NCBI RefSeq assembly: GCF_036321535.1
Contig: NC_087462.1
Location: 1,364,001-1,428,000 of the forward strand
DNA length: 64,000 nucleotides
Direction of reading: 5' to 3'
Source of the DNA: Camelus dromedarius
Taxonomy: Eukaryota
Below are positions 36,601 to 48,254 of this stretch, in pieces; within the stretch, counting starts at the first letter, position 1; each line of letters begins with the position of its first letter. Position numbers and translations under genes: made by a program. A model generated the notes under the pieces. It did not search any database. It saw only the letters and a program-made list of their open reading frames with translations, and had not been told where the DNA came from.

Positions 36601-39600
36601 TGCTCCATCCCTTGACGTCCCCACGAGGTGCTCTCTGGACCTTCCCACGGCACACGGGCTCCCCGGCTCAGGCCCTGAGCCCCAGGAGTCCTCAGAGCTC
36701 TGGATGCTTGGCCGTGGTTAAGGCCGCCATCACCACCAGTGAGGGCTCTCCAGGGCACTTAACCCCATCTCTCAGAAGTCGCTGTGGGACCAGGGAGAGC
36801 ACGCTCAGTGACTCCATCCACCCTGCCAAAAACAAGCCGACTGACATCCACCATCATCTCTTCAACAGCAAAATGCATTTGAACCCCAAAGCAGGCAAGT
36901 CAACGTCAAAGTGAACTTCAATTGATGACATCCAAGGGTGACCTCCAACAAGGACGCCCTCCTGGTGGTCACCTGGCCATGGGTAGGCTCCAGCGCCTCT
37001 GTGCCAGGAGGAGCTGGGCCCCCGCAGAAGCGCGAGCCCGAGGCCCAGCCAGGGCTCAGACCCCAGCCACGGACACGGCGTGGTGCTGGGCAGAGACGGC
37101 GACGGCAGGGACCCGGGCCACAGCTCTGGCCAGATGCCCCCTGCCCACCTGCGAGCCCTCCTCCACGTGAGCCCCCAGGACCCACGTGCGCACGTCAGAC
37201 AGCTCCCACAACGGCCAGTCACGGCCCTTGCCATCACCCACACCACCCTCAGCTCAGCCCGGAGGCCCATGAGACGACACACCCACCCGAAGGGTGGGAA
37301 CAGCCTTAGAAAGCCTTTACCTTGACCCCAGAGACAGAAGCCAGTCAGTGAGGCCAGGGCTCAGGGAGGGAGGGGAGGGACCGTGACGCGGGCCTGGGGT
37401 TTCGTGTGCGGGTCATGGAAATGCTCTACAGTTAGACTGTGCTGACGGCCCCACAGCTTTGTAAATGCACTAAAATAGTCGCTGGATTTCAAGCTTAAAG
37501 CAGGTGGATGCTAAGATACATAAATCGTATCTTAATAAAACCACCTAAAACCACCACTTCAGTGAAACTGGAACCGCAAGATGTCATTCAGCACGCGAGG
37601 GCCCAGCCTGCGGTCTCTGCTCCTGCAGACACCACGTGGCTGCGCCCACACTGGGGCGGCAGCCCACTTCAGGGCCCGAGTCGTTCAAGTGGGTGCAGGA
37701 GGGGACCCTAAGCACCAGGGTTCCACAGTAGTGGACGGCGGTCTGGGCACTGGCTGCCTGAAAGGACAGACGGGACAACTTGTAGGTCCCACAGGTGGCC
37801 CGCATCAGCAGCTCTGGGGAGGCCAAGATCAGAGAGACAGCGAGGCAGGAGCGCCTGTGCCCCCTCCCCCGGCCCACCCTGGACCAGCCGGGGAGGGGCT
37901 CAGGACTCGGTCTTGGACTGGGGACCGCAGTCAACTCAGGCTTCCTGACCTTCGGCCTCCCGCCTCCCTCTGTCAGCAGAGCTCCTGGAGCAAGGGTCTC
38001 AGTGGGGCATCTGTGCCCCCAGGGGATGCCGGGCTACGCCTGACATCAGTGGTTGTCACAACTTGGGGGGGCTCGTGGCACCCAGTGAGCTGGGCCAGGG
38101 AGGCTGCTCCACATGCCCCTCCCAAGGGGACGACCAGGCCCCAGCATCCACAGTGTGGAGAGGGGACTCTGGCCTCGAGCCTCCTTCAGTCATCTCTCCC
38201 TCCTTCCTTCCAACCTACTAGATCTTCACACAAATGGGCATCACCAGGAGCCGGTTACCAGCGCGGATCACCCATCGCAGAGACCCCTCCCAGACTGGGT
38301 CCAGCCACCCACTCTGCCCGGGACATGGAGCTGCCCTTTCAAAAACCCCTGCGCATCAGTAAGACAAAGAGAAAAAGGCCGAGAAGAGATGGCCTCACAA
38401 AGAACACAGATGGCTCGGCACCAGGAAAGAGGACTCACCTGCACCAGGCGGCTCATAAACCCCCCAGGCGGAAACCAGCCAGGCGCCCAGCTCCCGCCCA
38501 CCGGGTAAGCGCAGACAGACGGCAGACTGCTGTCCGCGGAGGGCGGGGTGCAGCCAGCAGAGCAGCAGTCAGCCGGGCCGCGCAGGGCCGCGTGTGGCGG
38601 TGACAAGACTGTGGGCAGAGCAAGGAAATTACACTCGGGAGAGCTCACCGTAATACTTCAGCTGTACGACGTGCAATCAAGTCCATGCGCCTTATACACT
38701 CAACTAGTAAGGACCAGGAAAAGAGCCAAGCTGGAAGACATCCTCTGGGCTGCCCAGGAAAAACTCAGGTTCCTTTCACTCTCACACCCGCTGTGGGGGG
38801 ACCAACTCGGTGATGTCAGCTGGGTGTGGCACAACTCAGTCCAGTTCTGACACTCTGCCCGGAGTCGTGCAGACCCTGCAGGGTGACGACCCAGGCCTGC
38901 AGGACCGCCCCCACCTCACACACTGGTTCCAAGTCCAGGCTGTCCCCTGAGCTTCTGAGGGACCATCTCTAATCCAGGCCCCACGGCCCCCTTCTCCTCA
39001 GGGAAGCACTGACCCGTGTCCTCCGGCTTACTCCGCAGTAAAGGGCATGGCAGAGGCACACAGGGCGAGTCCACGGCGCCCCGAGCGCGGGGCCTCTGTC
39101 CTCATGGTGTTGGGACCCTCCTGGCACACGGATGCTTCCACCACCTGAGCTTCTCCCTGAGCCCCACACTCTAGAGACCTTTACGGAGGCTTCATCACAG
39201 AGGCGTGATCCATCATTTACTCCATCTGCAGCCCCTCACCCTCCAAAGATTGGGGGTAGGGTGTGGGTCTGAAAGTTCCAAGCTTCAGATCATGGCCTGG
39301 CCTTTCTGGTGACCATCCCCAGCCAGGAGCCCACCCAGAGCCATCTCATCAGAACAAAAGACGCTCCCCTCACCCAGGACACCCCAAGAGATCTAGAAGC
39401 TCAGTGTCAGGAACTGGGGGCAGAGACCAACCCTGTCAACAAGGATGCCCTGGGTACCTTTGTTGCTTAGGAAGCTACAAAGATTCCAGGAGCTCTGCGA
39501 CAGGAGGCAGGGACAAAGGCCTTCTGATATCACAGTATGACAGGGTCCAGCAACAGTGACAAGACAGGGACAAAGGACGTGGATGAAGCGGGGAGCACTA

Positions 39601-42600
39601 AGGAATGCTGGGAATGGTTCTTACCAATCTGGGTCAGGGGTTCTCCCCTGGGCGATCCCCCCAGGGGACACTGGGCAACACCTGGGGACGTCCGTGGCTG
39701 TCACGACTGCGGATGCCCCGGCATCAAGTGGGCAGGGTCAGGGGTGCCGGTCCGCCGGCCACAGTGCCCGGGACGCCCCCAGAGAGGGACCTGCTCGACG
39801 TCAGCAGTTTTGACGGGGAGACCCTCACTTAGGGAACAGCCCATTTGTTAAACTTCAGATCTCAGTCTTCTCAGAAGTTGTTAGGGCGAAAGGAATCCTA
39901 CAGGAAGAGCCAAAAAGCACTGAGTGCTTACCCAAGCCTGTCGTGACACTGGCTCGGGAACCGTCCCTAGCGCGGAAGCCAGCCACGCACACACCTCGCA
40001 GCCCGACGGGCCCCACAGCGTGGCGCTGGGTCTGACCGCAGGGAACTGCCATTTCTGAGGTCAGCAGCACTAGAGCACCCGCATCCCACACAGTTCAATC
40101 CTAACCACAGCTCACGTCCAGTTTCAAAGCATTACTCTACTGTTAGCCCTTGCTACCTGTGCGGGGCGCTGCTTCCGTGACCCCCGAAGATACCAAAGTC
40201 CTCAGATGCTCTAGTCCCTCGTATAAAAATGGCACAGATTTGCACACAACCTACACGCATCCACCCCTACACTTTATATCACCTCCAGATCACTGACCAT
40301 CCCGATACAACGCAAGTGCTATGTAAACAGCGGCCTGCATGCAGCGAATTCAAGTTTTGCTTTTTGGAATTTTCTGGAATTTTTTTCAGAAATATTTTCA
40401 TTCCACAGTTGGTGAATGCAGAACCCACAGGGACACACAGCTGACAGTACACAATTTAAACTGAATTTGTTTTTACAGTTCAGAAACTTCAGTTAAATAG
40501 GGTTGGAAATTTTGAGACCCAAGGGAAAACTCTCAGACATACCCCGGTACTGCCGGACCCAGCAGAGCCACGCCCGAGGGGAGGGCACCAGTCAGTACAC
40601 ACTGGAAGCCACCTCACTGCCATGGGCGGAGTAAAATAAACCGCGGCGCCTGCGCGCCCACTCGGGAGGGCTGGCAGCCCTGCGCCCCGTGCGCGCGGGC
40701 GGCGGCGGCGCTGCTGCGCCCCCAGGCAGGATGTGGGGCAGAACCCCAGCCTGTCCCTCGAGTTCTGCACGAGGAAAAAGTTCTCGAACTGATTCACCAG
40801 GAGAAGTATTTTCCCTTTTTCTTTAATAAACACTAGGCTTATCACAAAAAGTGATGGGTATAATTCTACAACTTAAAAAGACGGAAAGAAAAGGCTTTCC
40901 CCAAAATTCCAAAGGTACTCATAAGAACAGAATGTTAAGGGGGCAGGTGTAGCTCAGTGGTAGAGCGGGTGTTTAGCATGCATGAATGAGGTCATGGGTT
41001 CAATCCCCAGAACCACCATTAAAAAACAAACAAACCTAATTACCATCCCCAAAAATAAAAAAAAAAGGAAATGTTAAAACTGTTTGGTCTTTTTCCTAGT
41101 CATACGCAAGTTTTAGAAGCAAGGACATTAGCAAGTGAATTTCCTCTACCTGCCAACACGATTCCTGCCCCATCTTAAGGATTAAAAAAACTCAAGCACC
41201 AAGAAAAACACGTGAATTAGACCACTGTTAAAGTCTGTTCTCCATGGTAACCCAACTCATACACACGCACACACCTGGTATCATAAGCTGAAACAAGAGT
41301 TTCAAAAACAAGTTATTCTGCCTGCAGTCCTGGGTTTTCTAGTTTCTTCTTTGGGGCACCCACAGAAGCCTACAGCAGTCACTCTTGCACTCTCATAAAG
41401 CCCTCAGCAAGGTGGGGAGGCTGGTGGCTGCTGCCTGCACTTTCCATTGGGGGCTCTCCCCAGGTCACCCAAACAGGCCCAAGAACTTGGACTTGGCTCT
41501 CCCAAACATCATACACTAAATCACCCTGCCTTTCCACTGGGCTTTTAAAGTCATAATTAAGCCTCATCTCTTCGGTGCCACATAGAAGTTTCAAGCTAAA
41601 ATCCACTACAAAAAGTAAACTTTGGGGGAAAACTATACTGCTGCCAGTAGCCTTTCCTGGGGCTCGGCGGGGGTGGGGGGGATCTCAGAGAGAAGGGAGC
41701 CAGAAGAGAAACTCAATAGCCATGGCCGAGCATCTGCAACCAGAAGGGACACCCCAGCAAGGATTCTCCATGGCACAACTCTTCTATTGAGGAAACCACG
41801 CCAGCCGGCACCCAGAGGCACCTCCTGCGGCCATCATCAACAGGCCAAGGGCAGGACTCACGTGGAAACCTGGCCTTGAGGACTTGCAGCATCCCCCACC
41901 TCCACCACCCAAAGCCCCCTCAATGGGCTCCCAGCCTGGGGGCGATGACGCCACCAGTTCCCACCAATTCCAGGGGGAGGAGGGTACAGCTCAGCAGGAG
42001 AGTGAGTGCTCAGTATGCACAAGGTCCTGGGTTCAACCACTAAAAATAATAACTAAATAAACCTAATTACCTCCTCCCCCAAAATATTTAAATAAAAATA
42101 AAAATTCCCACTAATTCCACATGAATAAAGCTCGGCTCAGGGCACTACCAGGGAGAATGGGCCAATGTTCCTGAAAAAACAGATGCCCCACCTGAGTGTG
42201 CGATTCTCGCCTGAAAAGACCCCTTGGCCCCTCCTCAAAATACCCACAACAGTCTGCTCAGTACATCCGCTGACAGAGGGGACATCAGGAGGTCAACCAG
42301 GGCAGAAAAAAATCTAAGGGTGCAAACATCACCCAAACTCACTTAGCCACACTCAGTAACCAAAATGCAGGCCAACCACATACTCTTCCAACTCACAAAG
42401 AAACTAAAGGCCAGGGTAAGTGTGAGCTATAGCCAACGCAGCTGGCCAGAGCTTCCAACACAATGCAAAACCCAGGTGTTGCCAGAAGACAATGGGGGAT
42501 GGAAATGAACTAAAATAACCTAATTACATTTCAGCGAGGTCACACCCATTCTGAAAAAGTGCAACAAAGAAGCAAGAATTCAGGTTCCCGGCACAAGGGC

Positions 42601-43719
42601 AGAGCCAGGGGCTCTCGGTGCCTCCCAGCAAATTCCTGAACTTCTCTGCACCTCCACCCAGTGATGCTGGACCCCCGGGGGCGCCCTTGTGAAGAGGGCC
42701 GGGTGACATCTGGCAGTGGGACCTGCACCACATCAAACAGCTGCTCTCCACCAAAGAGAGGACTCCAGCCGAGAAAGGGGACTTGTGCAGCCATCGGCCT
42801 CCTTCCATGGAAGCTGGCAGCCTGGTGGCCACTAACTGTCCCCATTCCCCCTAAATCTAGGTCACACGTTGGGGGTGGGGGTGGGGGAGGGAGAAAAATG
42901 GTGCCCACCATTGCATTATTACTTCTGTAAAACCTTTCCTCCCCGGCTTCGAGTTTCTAGTTGAAGTTGGCTTCCCTATTCCAGGACCCCTGAGCAGCTT
43001 CCTTATTTTGGCCTAGGATGTCTGCCGCCCTCCTCCCAATAAGAGGGGTGGCCGCACCTTCCGGGGGACACGGGCCCAGGAGGCAAGACCCAGTTCCGGG
43101 CCAGGCATCAGGGAGTGACCTGAACGTGGGTTTAACCCATAAGGGGTTCCGTCCGGGGGCGGCCCGCGGAGAGGAGGGTCCCCCCAACCAGGTGCCCAGG
43201 GCCTGGGGCGTGGCCCCTTAGACATCCAGCAACACACTCAATATTGGAGAGCCGCCGCTCCGGGGTGGGGGGGCCTGCCAAGTCGTCCGAGGCCATCCGC
43301 GGGGAGGAGGCGGCGAGCCCCCATCGCCGAGCGGGTAAACCGAGGTTCGGGGAGGCAGCCCACTCAGCGGCAGGCTCCCCAGGCGCTCCGATACATACGT
43401 GGGTCCAAAACCCGCGGCTCGGGTGCCTTCGGGCCTCGGGGATAAACCGAGCCTCGGGGAGGGCGCGGGCGTGCGGAAGCCCAGGCCGCGGGCAGGCGGG
43501 GCTCGAGTCTGGAGCGGAGCCTCGGGGACGGGCTGGGGGCCAGAGTCAGGGGCAGAGAGGGGATCGGGAACCGAGTCGCGGTCAGGGTGGGGGTCCGGGC
43601 CGCGGTCGGCGCGCCGAGCTCACCTCGTCCTCCTTGTGGTTGCGGATACCGCGCACCAGATCCTGCAGATTCTTGTCAAACATGCGGTCGATGCTGCCCT
43701 TGACCATCTTGAGGGCCAT
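9664..43719 (-). CDS. AP3D1: AP-3 complex subunit delta-1 (1205 aa, 32 coding exons)
   Basis: Exons in transcript order: 43624-43719, 31520-31615, 30936-31016, 29894-29974, 28452-28559, 26882-27011, 26184-26323, 25994-26067, 24763-24812, 23499-23548, 23040-23088, 22127-22272, 21903-22051, 21526-21756, 20823-21054, 19833-19978, 19304-19445, 18724-18795, 18045-18120, 17525-17724, 17095-17168, 16784-16961, 16412-16468, 15737-15841, 14732-14875, 14477-14524, 13997-14186, 13817-13905, 13631-13716, 12975-13096, 12790-12869, 9664-9759. Total 3618 nt with an open frame. Translation MALKMVKGSIDRMFDKNLQDLVRGIRNHKEDE...adaptin N-terminal trunk...LLEEMKGTLAQC* matches delta-adaptin. Confidence 0.97.
10860..12700 (+). 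mobile_element. Degenerate L1 fragment (ORF2 5' region) in the last AP3D1 intron
   Basis: A-rich purine strand with L1 ORF2-like motifs (AATTAACCCATGGGTCAAAGAGGAA..TAGAAAATATTCTGAACTG; AAAAGATCAACAAAA..AAGCCTC); no intact ORF. Confidence 0.65.
13235..13565 (+). mobile_element. MLT1A/B solo LTR
   Basis: TATGTTGAAGCCCTGACCC...GACTGTATTTGGAGACAG..CCCTAATCCAGCATGAC...GAGAGGCCTCAGAAGGA..CAGCCTCCAG. Confidence 0.75.
15130..15610 (+). mobile_element. L1MB-type 3' fragment (copy A)
   Basis: GC-shifted version of the L1MB 'agccagacacaaaaggac...gtccagaataggc...gttctggaactagatagtggtgatggttgcacaactctgtgaat' segment. Confidence 0.75.
31625..31650 (+). repeat. A26 homopolymer (T26 polypyrimidine tract of the AP3D1 exon 2 acceptor)
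   Basis: Directly visible; begins 9 nt from the exon 2 boundary at 31615. Confidence 0.9.
31680..31860 (+). mobile_element. L1MB-type 3' fragment
   Basis: Same L1MB segment (ACGTCCAGAACAGGCCAGTCCACAGACACAG...TTTTGGGGTGATG). Confidence 0.65.
33900..34400 (+). mobile_element. Degenerate L1 ORF1 fragment
   Basis: Translation AETSPNLVEDISLQIQDAQRLPQT resembles the L1 ORF1p motif ENFPNL.KD..IQIQEAQRTP. Confidence 0.65.
34980..35640 (+). mobile_element. Tigger2-like TcMar DNA transposon remnant
   Basis: CTTTATTGCTAAGAAACACTAACCATCATCAGAGCC and GAGAATTACCCAAATGTGACAC...TATCTGCAAAGC...GAGGTGTCTGTA terminus. Confidence 0.6.
36085..36760 (-). mobile_element. L1MB-type 3' end, GC-shifted
   Basis: TTTTAAGAGCAGTTTTAGGTTCACAGCAAAATTGAG...CATCCCCCACCAG...GATGAACC matches the recalled L1MB3 terminus in antisense. 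Confidence 0.75.
37990..38170 (+). mobile_element. MER20-like element
   Basis: GTGCCCCCAGGGGA...CAGTGGTTGTCACAACTTGGGGGG core. Confidence 0.6.
38760..39545. mobile_element. MER21-like ERV LTR remnant
   Basis: CAGCTGGGTGTGGCACAACTCAGTCCAGTTCTGACACT; TTTACGGAGGCTTCATCAC; GGGTCTGAAAGTTCCAA; CAGGAACTGGGGGCAGAGACCAA resemble the recalled MER21 family. Confidence 0.5.
39628..39830 (+). mobile_element. MER20-like element
   Basis: CAGGGGTTCTC...CCCCCCAGGGGACACTGGGCAACACCTGGGGAC..GGCTGTCACGACT..GGCATCAAGTGG. Confidence 0.7.
40145..40450 (-). mobile_element. Tigger4/MER46-like TcMar MITE
   Basis: AATTCAAGTTTTGCTTTTTGGAATTTTCTGGAATTTTTTTCAGAAATATTTT and TTTGCACACAACCTACACGCATCC match the recalled Tigger4b in antisense. 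Confidence 0.65.
40939..41069 (+). mobile_element. Vic-1-type tRNA-Ala-derived SINE
   Basis: A box TAGCTCAGTGGTAGAG, B box GGTTCAATCCC, AAACCTAATTACC tail, A-rich end, target-site duplication AATGTTAA (40931-40938 / 41070-41077). Confidence 0.85.
41973..42104 (+). mobile_element. Vic-1-type SINE
   Basis: tRNA-like head, AAATAAACCTAATTACCTCC tail, target-site duplication TTCCCAC(C/T)AATTCCA (41958-41972 / 42105-42119). Confidence 0.85.
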
Positions 43720-44260
43720 CGCGGCGGCTGCCGCCCGGCTCGAGCCCCGGGAGGCCCGCGGCCGGGAGCCCTGAGGGGGCCCGGTGGCCGCGCCTTCCGC
43801 CCGAGAAAGCGCTGCGCTGCCGGCCGCCGCGGCGGGGCGGGCTCCCAGGCCAGGTCGGCGGCGGTCAGCAGGGCAGCGGCGGCGGCGGCGGGGACCGCTC
43901 GGCAGGCCGCGTTCCCCTTCTCTCCGGCTCCGCGCCGCTCCGCTTGCAAATGGCGGACAAGATGGCGGCCAGTCAGCTGACGGCAGGAGCCCCGGCCGGC
44001 CCGCCCGCCCCCGGAAGCCCCGCCTCCCGGGAAACCCCGCCCCTCCACCGGGACCCCGCGTTTCCCTGACGACGCCAGACCGCCCAATGGAAACGCAGAC
44101 AACGGCCTCAGTGCCCACTAGGCCGCGCCCCCTCCGGCACAATCCTCTTTCACCTCATTGGTCAGTGGCCTTTGGAACTCCACCCACTTCCTGGTTCCGG
44201 CCTGTAACCACGCCTGCTAGGAGGCACCCTCCCTGCCCTGCTAAGTGACAGGTGTGGGCG
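43240..44260 (-). promoter_or_regulatory. AP3D1 CpG-island promoter with YY1, CCAAT and ETS-like motifs
   Basis: CpG-dense block around exon 1. Tandem AAATGGCG and AAGATGGCGGC (YY1 consensus) at about 43948-43969, CCAAT at about 44084, ATTGG at about 44158, CACTTCC at about 44185. Confidence 0.8.
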
Positions 44261-44349
44261 GGCCTATCTATGGGAGGGCCCTGCTATGGGCGGGGCGCCC
44301 ACGTGGAGCTTCCAAGGCAAGATTCCTGGTGGAAGAACCCAGCTCCGCC

Positions 44350-44580
44350 CCTTTCTTTTCTTTTCTTTTCTTTTTTTTTCTTTTTCTTTCTTTATTATTT
44401 TTAATTGAAGTAAATGTTGTAATGAAAGTACATGAAGTAAATGTTACAATGTTGTGTTAGTTTCTGGTGTACAGCATAGTGATTCAGTTACACATACATA
44501 TTCCTTTTCATTATAGGTTATCGCAGGATATTAATATAGTTCTCTGTGCTCTAACGTAGGGCCTTGTTGTTTATTAGCTC
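44350..44580 (-). mobile_element. Laurasiatherian/artiodactyl L1 3' end with poly(A) tail
   Basis: T-rich tail followed by TTAATTGAAGTA..ACAATGTTGTGTTAGTTTCTGGTGTACAGCATAGTGATTCAG..ATAGGTTAT..AATATAGTTC. Confidence 0.75.
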
Positions 44581-44734
44581 CACCCTTTCTGATTCCAAAA
44601 GCTGAGGGTGTCTGAGCACCGCCAAATCCGACTCTGCAGCAAATCCATCCTGTGTCTCTGGCATGTTGCACAAAATCCTGTGAGATGAGCAGCACGGGGA
44701 TTAACATGCCCACGTGGGGTAACTGAGCCCAGTC

Positions 44735-44835
44735 ATTCATTCAACGAATATTTATTGAGAGCCTACTATGTGCCAGGCCTGGCAAGTGAATGAGATACGC
44801 TTGGTTCCTGCCTTCCCGGATCCACCTTTAAGAGA
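44735..44835 (-). mobile_element. L2 3' end
   Basis: TTCATTCAACGAATATTTATTGAGAGCCTACTATGTGCCAGGC. Confidence 0.75.
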
Positions 44836-44839
44836 GTGA

Positions 44840-47800
44840 AGAATCAAGCCACAAACTAGGATAAGATATTAGCAAGACATATATCTGACAAAGGACTTAT
44901 AGCCACAATATAGTTAAACAGTAAATAAAACAGAACCAAACAAAAATTCCTACAAATTACAAAGAAAAAGACAACCCAGTTAAAATGTGGCAAAAGATTG
45001 TGAATACACACTTCACCAAAGAAGACACTCAAATGGCCAATAAGTATAGTAAAAGATGCTCTACCTCAGTCATCAGAGAAATGTAAGCTTAAACCACACT
45101 GAGCAGGGAGGGTATAGCTCGGTGGTAGAGTGTGTGCTCAGCATGCACAAGGTCCTGGGTTCAATCCCCAGCACCTCCTCTAAAAATAAATAAATCTAAT
45201 TACCTCCCTCCCTGACAAAATAAAAATAACTAAATAATACAATGATAAATAAACCTAGTTACCTCCTCAGAAAAACACACTGAGATATTTCTGTAACCCA
45301 AAAGAATGGCTAAAATTAGAAAGATTGATGGTATCAAGTTTTACAAAGATATGGAGCTCTCCTCTTTTACCCTTCAGGTGGGAACGTAAAACCACACAGC
45401 TACATTGGAAGCCTGTCTGACCGTATCTTTTAAAGTTAATATATGTATACCCTCTGACCCAGCAACTCCATCACTGTCCTCAACAAAAATGCATAAATTC
45501 ATCCACCGAAGACTTGGACAAGAATGTTCACAGTAGCTGTCTTTGTATGAGCCAAAAACTCAAAACGACTGACATGTCCATCAACAAAAAATGGATATGT
45601 AATTAGTGGTCTACCCAAAACACAGAATACCGTGCAGCATTAGAACAAAATACTAAGACACAGAACCAAATGCATGAATTACACAGACACAATGTTGACC
45701 ATAATAAGCCAAACACAAGAGTGTACACAGCATGATTCTATAACGTGATGTTCAATTGCAGGCAAGATTAACCTATGGTGATGGACAAAGTAACTCATCA
45801 AAGGTTACACACCATACCAGAGTGAACTGGAAACTGCAGAAATAAATTCTGGCATATCCACGCAGTGGATTCCTGACCAGCTGTTTAAGAGAATGCAGTA
45901 GGTAGGTAACTCTATGGCAATTGCCCCCCTACTTTTAACAGCTGGACAAAACATATGAAACAATGGTTTTCAGAAAGCATACAGTGCAGAGAGAAGGGAC
46001 ACAAACAAGATGAGCCCTACAGCTGCCCCAGAATTCTGCCTGTAGGTGATACCCAGGCTGCAGGTCAGGGAGGGGAAACCTAAGCAGAACACAGAGGGTT
46101 TGTGGATTGAGGGAACAGAGATGGAAGACTGTGAGACTGGGAGATGAGGGGAGACAAGGTAGCTAGAATTTGGAGGGCAGAGTTCTGGAGAGCAGGGACC
46201 TATTCTGAGAAAGCACTCAAGTTTCCATAGGGTTCCTCTTGAGTCTTTGGATGAATGTCAGACAGTGCATGCATAAGCGGCCAGATAAAGAACGATGCTG
46301 GGGGAAGGGACAATCACTGAGCACTCACACAACGTGGGACTGCTTGGAGAACCTACTAGCAAAGGTGGAGAGAATTCATTGAGTATGAGGGGCGTTCTGC
46401 AGAAACCTCAGAAGACTCATGCCTCATTGTAGGGCTAAGCTAGCCCTAGAGTGAAATCTATTCCCAGTATTTTAAGTGGGTGACAGACTGGATCAGCAGA
46501 CACTTCCCCAGAGAAGATCCTGAATGACCAACAAGCACATGAAGAGATACTTAACATAATTAGTTATTAAGGAAATGCTCCCCAGTGGGATACCACAGTA
46601 TATGTATCAGAGAGATTAAATGAAAAAGTCTGTTAACACCAAGAATTGGTGAAGATGAGAGCAATTGAAACTTTGATGCATGGCTGGAATAAATGCAAAA
46701 TGGGACAATAACTTTGGAAAACAGTTTGGCAATTTGTTACAAAGTTAAAAATACATTTTCCATGTGATTTGGCCATTCTACTTTGGAGTATTTACCGAAG
46801 AGAAAGAAAACCTATTTCCAAACAGACTTGTATGCAAATGATCATATCACCTTTATTTACAAAAACCTCAAACTGGAAACAATTCAAATATCTATCAACA
46901 GGTGAATGGATTCAAAAAACAACACAAAAACTGTGTTATATCCATCCAGTGGAATAATACTCAACAACAAAAAGAGTGGAACTACTGGTACACCTAACAA
47001 CTTGGACGAATCTCAAAAGCTTCATACAAAGGGAAAGAGGCCAGACTCAAAACTCTACATGGTATGATTCCACTCTACAAAATTTTACGAAAAGGAAAAC
47101 AACACTGATAGAAAACGTAACAATGGTGGCCTAGAGGCAGGAGTGAGGGGAGTGTTGACTGCAGAGGGAGATAAGAACTTTGGGGTGGTGGAAATGTTCT
47201 GTAGTGTGTTCGTGGTGTAGTTACACAACCATTAAAAAAATTGCCAAAGCTCATCAAACCATAACCTAACAAGAAGTGAATTTAATGGCATGAAAGTATG
47301 CTGCAATAAAGCTGAGGGGGAAGTGCTATAAGTGGGGAAAAGGTGGAAAAAGATACACCATCCAAACACTAATCATAAGCAAGCTGGACTGGCTATGTTT
47401 CTATCAGGAAAGAACAGAATTCAAAACAAGAAATATTACTACGGACAAAGAAGGGCATTACACAATGTTGGAGGAGTCAGTTCATCCAGAGGACATCGTA
47501 ATCCTAAACACATAGGCCCCTAACAACGAGGTTCGAAATACACAAAGCAAAATTTGATAAAACTGAAAAGACAAGAGAGTCAAATCCACAATGATGGTTA
47601 GAGATTTCAACACCCCTTTCTCAATAATTAGTAGAATAAGTAGAAAATCAGTAAGGATATGGAAGACTCGAACAACACTATCAGCCGACCTGGTGTTTAC
47701 AGAGCACTCTGCCCCAAAACAGCGGTATGTACATTCTCTTCAAGTGCACGTGGAATATTCATCAAGATGGAGAGATAATATACTAGGTTATGAAATAAAA

Positions 47801-47900
47801 AGATTGAAATCATACAGAAGATGTTTCCTGACCACAGTGGAATTAAATTAGAAATCGTTAACATAAAGGTATCTGGAAAACCCAAAATATCCCTTTGTAA
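44840..47900 (+). mobile_element. Stack of L1 fragments (3' ends, 5' region, ORF2 endonuclease)
   Basis: L1 3'-region motifs at 44870-45790 and 46480-47310. Translations KRWKKIHHPNTNHKQAGLAMFLS and MVRDFNTPFS at 47330-47650 match the ORF2 endonuclease (GWKKI.HAN..QK.AGVAILIS; VGDFNTPL). Interrupted and degenerate. Confidence 0.75.
45104..45270 (+). mobile_element. Vic-1-type SINE with duplicated tail, nested in an L1 3' fragment
   Basis: GGGAGGGTATAGCTCGGTGGTAGAG...GGTTCAATCCCC; the tail motif occurs twice; flanking direct repeat CACACTGAG; the L1 sequence resumes after it. Confidence 0.88.
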
Positions 47901-48254
47901 TTAATACCTCAGGGGAGATAGTTTGGAAGTGTTTAACATCTGGCTTCTCCTTGTAGTTTGCTCTTAGATTTTAGTGTCTGTTGCATCTGTTGGTTTCAGA
48001 CTTGCTGGGACACTGCATACATTCTGGCTTTCGAATCTCATGGCCTTCTCCAAAACTCCTCAACCCCAGGCCCCATATCCCCTACCTGGAGGAAGCCACT
48101 GTTAACAATTAGGGGATGTCTTCTTCCAGACCATTCTCTTTGCATTACCACAGTTTAGTCTCTCCCTGTTCTATTTATGGGTAACTGCATTTTCATATAA
48201 ATGGGATCCACACTCTTGTCTTGTTTGCCTTCACTTATCTATACGTCTCGGATG

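Noticed and set aside
37581-38603. 340-aa plus-strand ORF in AP3D1 intron 1
   Set aside because: Runs through a GC-shifted MER20 remnant and shows no protein-like features.
47300-47900. L1 ORF2 endonuclease-like ORFs as an active element or domesticated gene
   Set aside because: Fragmented across frames with stops, and no reverse transcriptase domain follows.
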